A stretch of DNA of 64,000 nucleotides, from contig JBGUGD010000030.1 of NCBI GenBank assembly GCA_041697335.1, positions 176,291-240,290 of the forward strand, given 5' to 3'. Each line of letters opens with the position of its first letter. Within the stretch, counting starts at the first letter, position 1. The translations under genes and the position numbers were made by a program. Positions 49,251 through 58,759 of this stretch are shown piece by piece. The notes beneath the pieces are model-generated. The model was not told where the DNA came from and made no database searches. It saw only the letters and a program-made list of their open reading frames with translations. The stretch is from Vampirovibrionaceae bacterium NZW_1234 (lineage in GTDB: Bacteria; Cyanobacteriota; Vampirovibrionia; Vampirovibrionales; JAGQHJ01).

Positions 49251-51038
49251 TTATTCGGTGGCCTGAGAGGAGGGGATGCGAGAGGCCATTTGTCGCAGTT
49301 CGGTTTCGGTATGCTTGTCGCCTTGTAATACCGAGATTTCCGCCAGTCGCTCCAGGAGATCTTTTACAAAGCCGCTTTGGGGATCGTCCTTCAGGACGGC
49401 TTTCGCGTCCTTGATAGCAGCGGCCATATGGGCTTCAGCCTCTTGGGTCAAGGTATCATATTCGTCTTGTTGGGGACTGGCATTGGCTTTTTGCATCAAC
49501 GCTTCTGCCAGCAGGGTGCGAAGCTCCGCGGAATTGGTGGTGCCGTCATGGCCCATTTCCTTTTCGCTGGTCAGAGCCACATGAAAATGCTCTAAGGCTG
49601 ATTGTGAGTCATTTTGGGTTAAGGCAATCCGCCCCAATCCGTAGTTGACGTCGGCCCAATGCGGGCAAAGCTCACCGTCCTGATGCCTGCCATCTTTCAT
49701 ACCGTCGGTTGTCATTCGCCGATACAGATCCTGAAGCATGGGGGCTGCTTCGGGATGATTGGCATCCCAGTCCAGATAAACCAAGGCCAAGCGAGTTTCG
49801 GTATCCATCCTCTCCCAAGGTTTGCTCTTTGCTTGCGTGTGAATGGCTAAGGCCTGCTTTAAGTGGCCTTCTGCCAGTTCAAACTTATGCGTATAGCGGC
49901 TGGCTGTGGCCAAGCGATGCAGGGTTTTGATCAAGGGCCTCTGCTGGGCTGGGTCTGTGGGATCCAGAAGCTCTAAAGCACCTTTGTAGATGAGATAGGC
50001 TTCTTGGTACCTGTGCTTATTCATTTTCTTTTGAGCCGCTTCCAGGCGCTCGGACCATAGTTCCGGCATCAGGTGATGGTATTCGGCTACCTGGCGGGCC
50101 AGGGGAATAACCTGCTCTGTTTTGCAAGGGAGCTGAAGGTCCGCCTCAATCTCTGCCATTTCATCGAACATGTAGCATGTTTGTCGGTTAGCCACGCCCA
50201 AGAGATAGAAGCCGTTAAAGTCGGCAACGGCAGCCTCAATATGGCTTGCCGCCGAGGCTTTATGCTGCTCTGCCTGGAAGGGAGATGCTTGAGCCTGCTG
50301 TGCATGGATGGTTGCTAATAAATAATGCAACCGGAAAGTCTCTTTGGAAGAGTTCTCCCCCTGCTCGAGTCGGCTTTTTAATGCTTCCGTGGTGAATTGT
50401 TGGGCTAATGCCAAGTCACCTTGATGCAACGATAAGCGGCCTAGACCTTCATGCAAGATGCTCCAGCTGGGGTGTCGGTGGTTGCCTTTGACTCCGTGGG
50501 TGTAGCCTTCTTGTGTCAACGTGGTGAACGCTTCACGCAAGAGTCGGTTGGCTTCAGCGTAGCGCTTTGGGCTCCAGTGAAGATATAGAAAGCCAAGTTG
50601 AGCTTGTGTTTGAGCCAACGTGGTTTTTTGGACCCGCGACCCGAGGTTGTGTTGGAGTTGCAGCGCGTGTTTAAAATGACGCTCGGCTTCTGCAAAGCGG
50701 TTGGTTTCCCGGCAGACTTCTCCTAAGGCATTGAGCAAGCTGACATGACGCTGGATCTTGGGAAAATCCGGGCGGATTCGATCGTAGGCCCGTGCCAACA
50801 TGACATAGGCCTCGTTTGGAGAATATTTTTTGAGATGGTCGTGGGCTTGTTTAATGGTGTGGCGCAGATGTTTGTAAAATTGATTTTCCTCTGAGCGAGC
50901 CTGCTTTTTGCGTTCTGCACGGTTGGGTCGCTCTGCGGCAAAACGAAGTGGCTGAAGGGGCGTTTTTTCGGTGCTCAAGTAAGCCTTAGGTGGGCGTTCT
51001 TTGGGTTTTGAAATGGCTCCGATGGGAATGAGGGGCAC
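49251..51038 (-). CDS. TPR protein (two modules paralogous to the neighbour) with RFA leader
   Basis: AAGGAG RBS before GTG 51038; leader ends QPLRFAA; shared WAD[IV]NxGLG[KR]IAL motif. Confidence 0.82.
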   Translation of the reverse strand: MPLIPIGAISKPKERPPKAYLSTEKTPLQPLRFAAERPNRAERKKQARSEENQFYKHLRHTIKQAHDHLKKYSPNEAYVMLARAYDRIRPDFPKIQRHVSLLNALGEVCRETNRFAEAERHFKHALQLQHNLGSRVQKTTLAQTQAQLGFLYLHWSPKRYAEANRLLREAFTTLTQEGYTHGVKGNHRHPSWSILHEGLGRLSLHQGDLALAQQFTTEALKSRLEQGENSSKETFRLHYLLATIHAQQAQASPFQAEQHKASAASHIEAAVADFNGFYLLGVANRQTCYMFDEMAEIEADLQLPCKTEQVIPLARQVAEYHHLMPELWSERLEAAQKKMNKHRYQEAYLIYKGALELLDPTDPAQQRPLIKTLHRLATASRYTHKFELAEGHLKQALAIHTQAKSKPWERMDTETRLALVYLDWDANHPEAAPMLQDLYRRMTTDGMKDGRHQDGELCPHWADVNYGLGRIALTQNDSQSALEHFHVALTSEKEMGHDGTTNSAELRTLLAEALMQKANASPQQDEYDTLTQEAEAHMAAAIKDAKAVLKDDPQSGFVKDLLERLAEISVLQGDKHTETELRQMASRIPSSQATE

Positions 51039-51123
51039 GCAGCGCTCCTTTACACAAAACACAAGCTTCCTCTTCTATGAATAAATGAAAACCCTCCACG
51101 GATCGAATTGTTTCGAGAGCCTT

Positions 51124-51141
51124 GTTACAAATTTTTACAGA
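51124..51141 (+). promoter_or_regulatory. HLR1-like direct repeat
   Basis: GTTACAAA-TT-TTTACAGA; related GTTACATT-TC-GTTGCAAA at 51267-51284. Confidence 0.5.
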
Positions 51142-51399
51142 GAGAATGCCTTTTCTATACTGGCGTTTGCTTAATTGACATTTTTTAGAGATACAATTCA
51201 ACTTGTTTTTTGGGAAGGTGAAATAAGAAGAGCCTTGTCGCAGCTGTGTTTTGATGTGCCCAAGGTGTTACATTTCGTTGCAAAAAAAGAAACGTAGGCA
51301 ATTTTGCCATAATGTTTGTTTTTATTAAATTGTATTTTTATCCACGGTTGATTGCTGCCAGAATTATCGGCGTAAACTTGTGACTTGGAGAGAAGATGG

Positions 51400-51897
51400 A
51401 TGTCTATTGATGGTCTTTCAAATGGTATGCCGTTTAATTCGCCCAATGGGGCGGGTTATGCCAATGCTCAGGCTCAAGGCTCCTCATCGTCTTGGTCTGT
51501 GATTCAACGGCCTTTTTCCACGCTTGCATCCCAAAACAGCGGTAACGCCGGTCTTCCTTGGGAGTCTTCAAGTTATACGGATGCCTTGGAACAGCAACGG
51601 GCCGGGAATTATGACAACCAAAGAGGTCTGTCGGATGCCATTCATTTGCTGAATGTCAAAACAAACGCCATTGGAAATCTGGATTTTGATATCAATTTTT
51701 ATACCAGCCGAATTTTTAATCAGCGCGCGCAATTGGCCGAAGCTCGTCGGCGCAATAATCCGATGATGGCACGTCAGTTGGAAGCCCAGATTGCCAATAA
51801 CGAAAGTATGTTAAGTGGTTACTTGCCAGCAATTGATTTGGCCCAAAGCGCTGCCGATATGCTGAAAGCTCAAATTACCTCGCTATTTGGTTTTTAA
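51400..51897 (+). CDS. Hypothetical protein, Ser/Asn/Gly-rich N-terminus and coiled-coil C-terminus
   Basis: GGAG RBS before ATG 51400; no family recognised. Confidence 0.65.
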   Translation: MSIDGLSNGMPFNSPNGAGYANAQAQGSSSSWSVIQRPFSTLASQNSGNAGLPWESSSYTDALEQQRAGNYDNQRGLSDAIHLLNVKTNAIGNLDFDINFYTSRIFNQRAQLAEARRRNNPMMARQLEAQIANNESMLSGYLPAIDLAQSAADMLKAQITSLFGF

Positions 51898-52048
51898 GAA
51901 GAGCAGGATCCAGGCCAGAGGCGATAGGGCCCTATTTTATACGATAAAATCTTTTTCTAATAAATTATATGCTTAACAGCATCAAAAAATATATTTATAT
52001 TGTTTTAATATATTTAAGTGTATTGGCGTTAGGAGCGAAAGTGCGCGT

Positions 52049-52747
52049 ATGACACTTCGTTTGGCTACGGTACTGCGCAATCAGTTGGTCGGTTTGATGA
52101 ACAGCTCAGCAGCAACTCAGAATGCATCTGGCAGCTCTACGCCGATGTCTGGTTCTTTTGTTCAGGATAAATCCATTGCTGTGACACCGCTGAAACAGGA
52201 ATTCAATGCCTGTGGCACTACCAGCATGGCCATGATTTTTAATTCCTTCGGTATTCCCGTGTCGCCTCAGGACTTGGATGCACGCTACCGTCAAGGCGGT
52301 GGCGGAACAACAGTTACCAACATGGACAGGGCTGGTGATGACGTTGGCCTGTATTCTTCTGTGGTGAACAATGCCGATTTTAATACCGTTCGCGAGGAGA
52401 TTGATAAAAACAATTTGATGGCCGCCCAGGTTACAACCAGGACCGGTCAATCCCATTATGTTGTGATTCATGGCTATCGTGTGTCGCAAGAAGGTAACCA
52501 GGAAATCCTCATCACAAATCCGGCCAGCGGAAAAACCATGTATGTTGATTACGATACCTTTGCCCAAGACTATTGGCTCGAACAACGGGATCGGTCCGGC
52601 AATGTCAAAACGGATCAGCTTTTAATCACGTATTCGGCTGACAACGATGTTCCTGAATCCAACTATGCCCCGTCGCCACTGAATTTGCTTGTATCCAGCT
52701 CCACAGGGCAACAATTGTTAGGGCTTGTGCGGAAACTGAAATCCTAA
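52049..52747 (+). CDS. C39-like papain-fold cysteine peptidase
   Basis: KQEFNACGTTSMAM (Gln, Cys), SHYVVIHGY (His), ITNPASG; AGGAG RBS. Confidence 0.8.
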   Translation: MTLRLATVLRNQLVGLMNSSAATQNASGSSTPMSGSFVQDKSIAVTPLKQEFNACGTTSMAMIFNSFGIPVSPQDLDARYRQGGGGTTVTNMDRAGDDVGLYSSVVNNADFNTVREEIDKNNLMAAQVTTRTGQSHYVVIHGYRVSQEGNQEILITNPASGKTMYVDYDTFAQDYWLEQRDRSGNVKTDQLLITYSADNDVPESNYAPSPLNLLVSSSTGQQLLGLVRKLKS

Positions 52748-52792
52748 TATTCAGAGGCTTATCTTAACGCTATTTGCGCATCGTGATGCGAC

Positions 52793-53506
52793 TTAGTGGG
52801 TCTGGATTTTCGCTAATAAATCCAGAGCCGGAATGTATTCGGGCGTAATCAACAGGCATTGCTTAATCGCTGTGGTTGCGTCCTGAGGTTGGCCAATGGC
52901 GTGATAATATTGCCCCAGGTGGAAATAGACCTCGGGATCATTGGGTAGAATACGTTGGCCCAATAACAACATCTGGCCTGCCTTTTCATAGCGCCCAATG
53001 TGATATAGGGCTCGGCCGGTAAACTTGTAGGCTTCATAGTTGATCTGACCTAGCGTATCTGCGTGGTTGACAATATGATCGACCCATTGAGTCTGACCGG
53101 CTTGAGCTAAATGAATGATATCGGCTTCCAAATGGTTACGGACTTGGAGAAACGTGGGAACGGAGCTCATCCGGTTCATAATGAGACCATATAAAGAGAT
53201 GCACCAATGATTCTGGCGCAGGGTGCTTAAAGGACGCCAATACTGCAGTGTACCGTTAATATCACCCTTAAGCATCTGGCAATAGCCGGCTTGGTAATAG
53301 TCGCCAGTTGCAGAAAAATATTGGGTTGCTTGATCATAGTACCCGAGACGGGACAGGCTGAGCCCAGCCAGCTCCAACACGCCCCGTCTGTCGGCAAAAT
53401 CCAGAGAATCGGCATCTGCCAGTAAGGGCTCCAGACAGTCAAGGGCCAGCTGGGCATTGTTTTCGAGAAATAATGCTTTGCGAGCTTGCTGCAATGGGTT
53501 GGCCAT
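52793..53506 (-). CDS. TPR-repeat protein
   Basis: TPR motifs such as PNDPEVYFHLGQYY; downstream of csrA. Confidence 0.78.
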   Translation of the reverse strand: MANPLQQARKALFLENNAQLALDCLEPLLADADSLDFADRRGVLELAGLSLSRLGYYDQATQYFSATGDYYQAGYCQMLKGDINGTLQYWRPLSTLRQNHWCISLYGLIMNRMSSVPTFLQVRNHLEADIIHLAQAGQTQWVDHIVNHADTLGQINYEAYKFTGRALYHIGRYEKAGQMLLLGQRILPNDPEVYFHLGQYYHAIGQPQDATTAIKQCLLITPEYIPALDLLAKIQTH

Positions 53507-53540
53507 GCCAATAGGTCCTAAACAAAGGCTAACGAAGCGC

Positions 53541-53783
53541 TTACGTGGGGTCAGAGGGCTTTGTATCTAATAAATCCATCACGCCTGTCAGATCAACAAC
53601 AGCTTGGGTCGCTTGTTCGTTGGCTTTTCGAATTTCGGCATAAATTTCTTCCCGGTAAACACTCACATCGCGTGGTGCTTGTATCCCAATTTTGACGGAA
53701 TCACCCCAGGTTTCTAAAATCGTAATTTCGATTTTGTCGCCAATAATGAGCTTCTGACCAATTTTTCGTGTAAGAACCAACAT
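53541..53783 (-). CDS. csrA: Carbon storage regulator CsrA
   Basis: MLVLTRKIGQKLIIGD...VKIGIQAPRDVSVYREEIY. Confidence 0.96.
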   Translation of the reverse strand: MLVLTRKIGQKLIIGDKIEITILETWGDSVKIGIQAPRDVSVYREEIYAEIRKANEQATQAVVDLTGVMDLLDTKPSDPT

Positions 53784-53789
53784 ATCCAG

Positions 53790-54290
53790 CTAGCTCCTTT
53801 CTTCCGGGCCGGAAGCACTGCTGGAGTGGGAGGCTTTATCTTTTTCCAGGGCTGAATCCGCAAGCAATCGGGTTCGAGTGTTAAATTGAGTGTCTTGCAA
53901 AACAACTTGCATGGCTTGCAGGTTGTTTTGATTAATCACGATCGGGGCAAGCAGGTTTGCTGTCATTAAGGCGGGGTTGCTTTGGGGAATGTTGACAATT
54001 GTAAAGACAATAACGTCGTCTGCTGTTTGAATACTCAATTTCGCTACAGCGTCGTCGGGTAGGGCAAATTCATAGGGAATGCCAAAAAACTTGGGATTGG
54101 TTACGACAAAGGCTAAATCCTCATTTTCTGTGGATTGTAGCCACTTGAAAGGAGAGTTTTCTGCATGATCGAGTAAAACAAACGTTTTAAATTGCTCAAA
54201 ACCCAAGATGGGAGATACAAATTCGATGATATTTTGGTTATCAACCTCAATAGTCCCGAATCGCGAGGTCGATAGTTGGATGGTAGACAT
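53790..54290 (-). CDS. fliW: Flagellar assembly factor FliW
   Basis: SRFGTIEV, ILGFE, WLQS, TANLLAPIVIN; directly upstream of csrA. Confidence 0.95.
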   Translation of the reverse strand: MSTIQLSTSRFGTIEVDNQNIIEFVSPILGFEQFKTFVLLDHAENSPFKWLQSTENEDLAFVVTNPKFFGIPYEFALPDDAVAKLSIQTADDVIVFTIVNIPQSNPALMTANLLAPIVINQNNLQAMQVVLQDTQFNTRTRLLADSALEKDKASHSSSASGPEERS

Positions 54291-54744
54291 CAGACTGTGT
54301 TCCGCCTCTTACACTTTTTGGTATAATGAGTTCCTTACAAATCAATGGTAGTTGGGTTGTACTTTTACTATTTTACAGAGAAAATAGTGGTTGGGTTATT
54401 TTAGGTCGATTTAATTTTTTTTTGTTCTTGTCGATAGGTTAAGGAGTAAGCCAGGTAGAACCAAGAGGGGATTTGCCGTGTTACAGGACAAATTGGGTTA
54501 CCAAAACGACTTGCAAGTGCTGATGCACGAGCTGGATGGGATTTCCACCGATATTTCACAATATGTGAACTTTCTGGTCCAGCGTGAATACCTAATGAAC
54601 AAGCTCTTATTGGATGATTCGGCATCCAATAATTAACTCAAGAGACTTTTGGGGTTGGTTACAACAGTTTCCAAAAGTGAATTTGCTGAATTCTGGGGTA
54701 TTTCGGTGTGTATCGTGATGTGTTAAACAGGTGTTGACGAAAAT

Positions 54745-54975
54745 TTAGATATCCTGCATTTCGTCTGCGACTTCCAGAGCCTTATAGACCAAGTAGCCTG
54801 CAAGAATGACTTTTTTCGCATCAGCGGAGTCTTGGGCCAAATTCAGCAGAAGTGAATTAATTTCGGGGTTATCTTCTTTGAGATGGTGTACCATTTCCCG
54901 CTTCCATTCGTCGGAGGCATTTAAAATGGTCTCTTCCAAACTTTCACGTATATCGGATGTGACAACGGGTAACAC
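54745..54975 (-). CDS. Small acidic helical hypothetical protein
   Basis: 76 aa, GTG start with AAAGGTGG RBS. Confidence 0.6.
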   Translation of the reverse strand: MLPVVTSDIRESLEETILNASDEWKREMVHHLKEDNPEINSLLLNLAQDSADAKKVILAGYLVYKALEVADEMQDI

Positions 54976-55170
54976 GTTTAACCACCTTTCGGATCACGGA
55001 CTGTATATATAGTTATACCACAACCCGGGTGTACGAGATCCCTTAACCAGTGGATCCGTTTGATATCCTTAAAGATCGCGATGGTGTTGCTCTTTTGACA
55101 CTGGTAATATGTCTCTCTTCGGGAAGTCCGAAATCGGATTTGGTCGGTTTTTACTCTATAATAGAGCCCT

Positions 55171-56070
55171 ATGGATACCCAACCAATACGCGACTTCAAG
55201 TATTTCTATACCCTGCGAAAAGATTTGCTCTGGCATGCCTTTCGTCGCTGGCAGCACGGTTTGGCCTTGCGCCAGGAGCGTCAGTCCGGGATTTATGAAA
55301 AACCGGCTCCATCACATAATTTAAAGCTCTCCACCTGTGTGATTACTATGAATGCGGCGTCTCGTATTGCCCCATTGATTGCGCATGCCAAGACCTTTTC
55401 TGATGAAGTGGTCATTGGCGTTGACTCAAAAACCACGGATAACACTTTTGAAATTTGCCAGAAGGCGGGTGCGGATGTGGTTTTTTGGATCCAAAATGAT
55501 GCATTGACTTGTAATGCGGGTTTAGAGCAATTGGTAAAGGCATGTTCGGGTGATTGGATTGTTCGCTTGGATGATGATGAGTATTTAGAGCCCCAATTTT
55601 TAAAAATTAAAGATTCACTGATGGCCCAAGACCATTACACGCATTATAAATTCCCCCGTTTGCATATTAGTGGTATCGAGCCCTTGCGGTGGGTCAATGA
55701 CAGTTATCTTTATCCGGATTACCAAATGCGGTTGTTTAGGAACGATTTAACCCTGCTTCAATTTCCCGGGGCTGTAGGGCACACCTCTATTACTTCCAAG
55801 GGGCCCAAGGGGCGGATCGTGGGTACCAATATCGTCCATTTGAATTTGGCCATAAATTCTCGCCAGAATCGAGAGGCCAAGCTGGAGCGCTATATTGTTC
55901 GTCATCAGGGCGGTTGGGTGCATCCGATTAACGAATATGCGCTGCTGTTTGAGAATTTTGCGTATCGTATAGAACTCTACCAACACCCGGATCACACGTT
56001 TTGTGAGCTGCTGGCATCTGTGGTCAGGGGACAGCGTCAGGACCAATACGCTGAGGTCGCTGCATTATGA
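55171..56070 (+). CDS. Glycosyltransferase family 2
   Basis: STCVITMN, DSKTTDNT, DWIVRLDDDE, YPDYQMRLFRN. Confidence 0.88.
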   Translation: MDTQPIRDFKYFYTLRKDLLWHAFRRWQHGLALRQERQSGIYEKPAPSHNLKLSTCVITMNAASRIAPLIAHAKTFSDEVVIGVDSKTTDNTFEICQKAGADVVFWIQNDALTCNAGLEQLVKACSGDWIVRLDDDEYLEPQFLKIKDSLMAQDHYTHYKFPRLHISGIEPLRWVNDSYLYPDYQMRLFRNDLTLLQFPGAVGHTSITSKGPKGRIVGTNIVHLNLAINSRQNREAKLERYIVRHQGGWVHPINEYALLFENFAYRIELYQHPDHTFCELLASVVRGQRQDQYAEVAAL

Positions 56071-57278
56071 CGGAGCGACGGAAGCGGAAAATTTTATTTA
56101 TCAGCCCGGATACAGCCCCTTACGATGATCAGATGGCGCTATTCTGGCTGTTAAAAGGGTTGGATCCAGAACGCTATGAAGCGATTGTGGCGTTTCATAA
56201 AGAATGTAGCTTGATGCGTCAGGTGGAATCCCTCGGTCATCGTGTTATTCGCTTTCCTCGTATTCGATTGGCCAAAAAAGAGCGACCTCACTTACGTGGC
56301 TTGGGCGAGCGACTTACATGGTGGTTGTGGAAAAAAACCCGGGGTGAAAAAGTTGTTAAGCTCATTGAGGATGAGCAGGTTGATCTGGTGCATACTGCCA
56401 GTTTGATTCGGTTTGAAGGGGCTTATGCTGCCATGAAGACTCAGCGGCCTCATGTTTGGCATATTCGTGATATTTTGCCAGGCAACCGACGCTTATTTGG
56501 GGTTTTCGGAACTCGAAAGACGCTGAAAGTTATCTCACGTTATTCTCACCGGGTTGTATGTGTATCGGATGCGGCAAAATGGCAATTTTCAGGCTGGCAA
56601 CGCCAACCTGAAAAGTATGTCACGCTCTATGATGGTGTTGAGCCTCGGATTTGGGAGGTCGCAGAATCCTCTGCTCTTCCTGCGGATAAAATGTCCTTGC
56701 GGGGCCAGTTTGGGATTCTTGAGAAAGATCCAGTCATCGCCTTTTGGGGGGCGGCAACGCCAGCCAAAGCCTTTTCCGATCTGGTGGATGCCTGTGTTCT
56801 ATTGCATCAGGATGGCGTGTCGTTTCAGCTTGTCCTGATTGGGGCTTTTGCGGAGGACCATTTTCAAGAGCAGATGTTGGATGCCGTTGCCGATGCCGGA
56901 TTTCGCTCCCAATTCCATATTCTTGATGATGTTCCTGCTCAGGACTGGCCTTGGCTTTTGAAGCAAGCCGATATTCTTGCTATTCCCGGTGCAAATGAAG
57001 CTTTTCCTTCCGGTGCCCTTGAGGCTATGGCGTTGGGGCTTCCTGTCGTGGGTGCTAATGTAGGCTCCACGACTGAAGTGGTTCAGCACAACCGGACCGG
57101 CTTACTGGTAAAACCGGGAATGCCGGGGGCGCTTGCGCAGGCTCTGAAGACCCTGATCTCGGATCCGGAATATCGGCGTGTCCTTGGGCAAGCCGGACAA
57201 TCTCGGGCAAAGGCACAATTTTCAATGACGAATTACTGGGAGCAGTTTGATGCCCTCTACACCCAGTGTCTCCCGTAA
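56067..57278 (+). CDS. Glycosyltransferase family 4
   Basis: PHVWHIRD, EAFPSGALEAMALGLPVVG, TGLLV. Confidence 0.88.
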   Translation: MTERRKRKILFISPDTAPYDDQMALFWLLKGLDPERYEAIVAFHKECSLMRQVESLGHRVIRFPRIRLAKKERPHLRGLGERLTWWLWKKTRGEKVVKLIEDEQVDLVHTASLIRFEGAYAAMKTQRPHVWHIRDILPGNRRLFGVFGTRKTLKVISRYSHRVVCVSDAAKWQFSGWQRQPEKYVTLYDGVEPRIWEVAESSALPADKMSLRGQFGILEKDPVIAFWGAATPAKAFSDLVDACVLLHQDGVSFQLVLIGAFAEDHFQEQMLDAVADAGFRSQFHILDDVPAQDWPWLLKQADILAIPGANEAFPSGALEAMALGLPVVGANVGSTTEVVQHNRTGLLVKPGMPGALAQALKTLISDPEYRRVLGQAGQSRAKAQFSMTNYWEQFDALYTQCLP

Positions 57279-57891
57279 TCGTGTTATTGGGGTTTATACA
57301 TCGGTTTTTTTAACGCCTGAGGATGCCTGGGTTTATGAGGCGGTATCCCGCATCGATGGTCTGGAAGTTCATGTGTTTTATGATTCGCTTCAGGATATTT
57401 CTCGTTATCCTTTTCAAAATATTCACTGTGTGTTCCCTGCAGAGCCGGATCCGCCCGCTATTTCTTTTGCTTCGCTGTGGCCTTTCTCGAGAAAAGCGCC
57501 CGTGGAAAAAAAGGGGGGGATTAAGCCTGGGGCATTGTTGGCCGAGGAGGTGTCATTTTGGGGAATCAAGGCCCTGCATGTACTTTCGGGTTTAGTGGCA
57601 TTTAACGCTTGGCCTGTGTTTCAGGCTTTCAATATTCCTATGGTGACTTCCTTTGACGAAAAGACACTAGCGGCCTTGGCATCCCAGGAGGCTGACATTG
57701 AAACATATCAAACGTTTTGGCGTCAATTCAGGCTTATGGGTTGTATGTCCTCCTCGGTTACCCAAGGCTTGAAAGACTTAGGCTGTCCACCTGAGAAGCT
57801 ATATCCGCTTTATTTGTCAGAGCGTCACCAGACTTCTTCCTCGCCACCATGTTTGGAGGCGTTTTATCGCCAGATACTTAAAGACGTCTAG
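57250..57891 (+). CDS. Hypothetical protein resembling a stand-alone GT4 N-terminal domain
   Basis: IPMVTSF and LGCPPEKL resemble GT-B N-domain segments; no C-terminal nucleotide-sugar domain. Confidence 0.55.
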   Translation: MPSTPSVSRNRVIGVYTSVFLTPEDAWVYEAVSRIDGLEVHVFYDSLQDISRYPFQNIHCVFPAEPDPPAISFASLWPFSRKAPVEKKGGIKPGALLAEEVSFWGIKALHVLSGLVAFNAWPVFQAFNIPMVTSFDEKTLAALASQEADIETYQTFWRQFRLMGCMSSSVTQGLKDLGCPPEKLYPLYLSERHQTSSSPPCLEAFYRQILKDV

Positions 57892-58214
57892 TTGTTTTGA
57901 GCTAAGCATGGTTTCAAAACAGGCTTCTTGAGCGCTTTTCTGGTACAAATTTAAGTTTTTGCCAAATTGGTAGAAACTCAATGAGAATCGAAACGGGTAT
58001 GCTTGCACCTCGATTCTGGACGAGTAGACGTGTGTGGGACGAAGTCCAATGAGGGTATTTTGCCCAGGGCTTAAATAGGCTGAACCCAAGGGTCGTCTCC
58101 TAAGCCAAAATCGGTTGTTTGTATCCTATTTCGGTGTGTGTTAGCCATATATCTTGAATTTAGAACGAATCAGGTCGTTTTATCCGATTCGGGGTTTCAC
58201 GGATGACGTTCCCC

Positions 58215-58249
58215 AAACAGCCCGCTTGTTCGAGCAAGCGGGCTGTTTT
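58215..58249. terminator. Strong hairpin, probable terminator
   Basis: AAACAGCCCGCTTG-ttcgag-CAAGCGGGCTGTTT perfect 14-bp stem. Confidence 0.75.
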
Positions 58250-58462
58250 GTAGGGATAACGTTTTAAAGATGGTTCGAAGGCAGACAGGCTAAAAACCTT
58301 GATGGCACAAGCATTTCGACAAAAAATAAAAAAAATATGATTATAATTCTTAACAAAATATAAACAAACTTATTTTCATGGGTTTTATACCTATGTAAGG
58401 TTCAAACAATCGCTTCTAAAAAAACAAGTAGGGTAGGAATCGTTCTTAGGAGGTTTTAGCTG

Positions 58463-58699
58463 ATGTCGTTAAGCAAGTCTATTTCTGAAAGCCAAATGGC
58501 TGATAGACAACAAGCTTTAGACAATTCAATGATTCTGGTTGAAAGCCGGCGTGCCTTAATGGCCCTGGTTGACACCGCCTCCTTGAGCCAAGGTTTGGTA
58601 CTCGGTTTTGAAAACCCAATGATGAGCTTACTCGTCGATGCTTCATTGAGCCAAGGCTTGGCCTTGTCTCCCCGGCATCAACTGCAGCCAGAGTTTTAG
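58463..58699 (+). CDS. Small monocistronic protein with internal LVDxASLSQGL repeat
   Basis: AGGAGG RBS, AT-rich upstream region, own terminator. Confidence 0.65.
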   Translation: MSLSKSISESQMADRQQALDNSMILVESRRALMALVDTASLSQGLVLGFENPMMSLLVDASLSQGLALSPRHQLQPEF

Positions 58700-58759
58700 A
58701 TTTCTCTTTATACTATCTTCTCTCTTTTCTTCTCTTCACTTCTCTCTCCAATGTGACTT

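Noticed and set aside
51364..51371. Perfect sigma28 -10 (GCCGATAA, minus strand)
   Set aside because: No TAAA-like -35 at 15-nt spacing and over 300 nt from the next start
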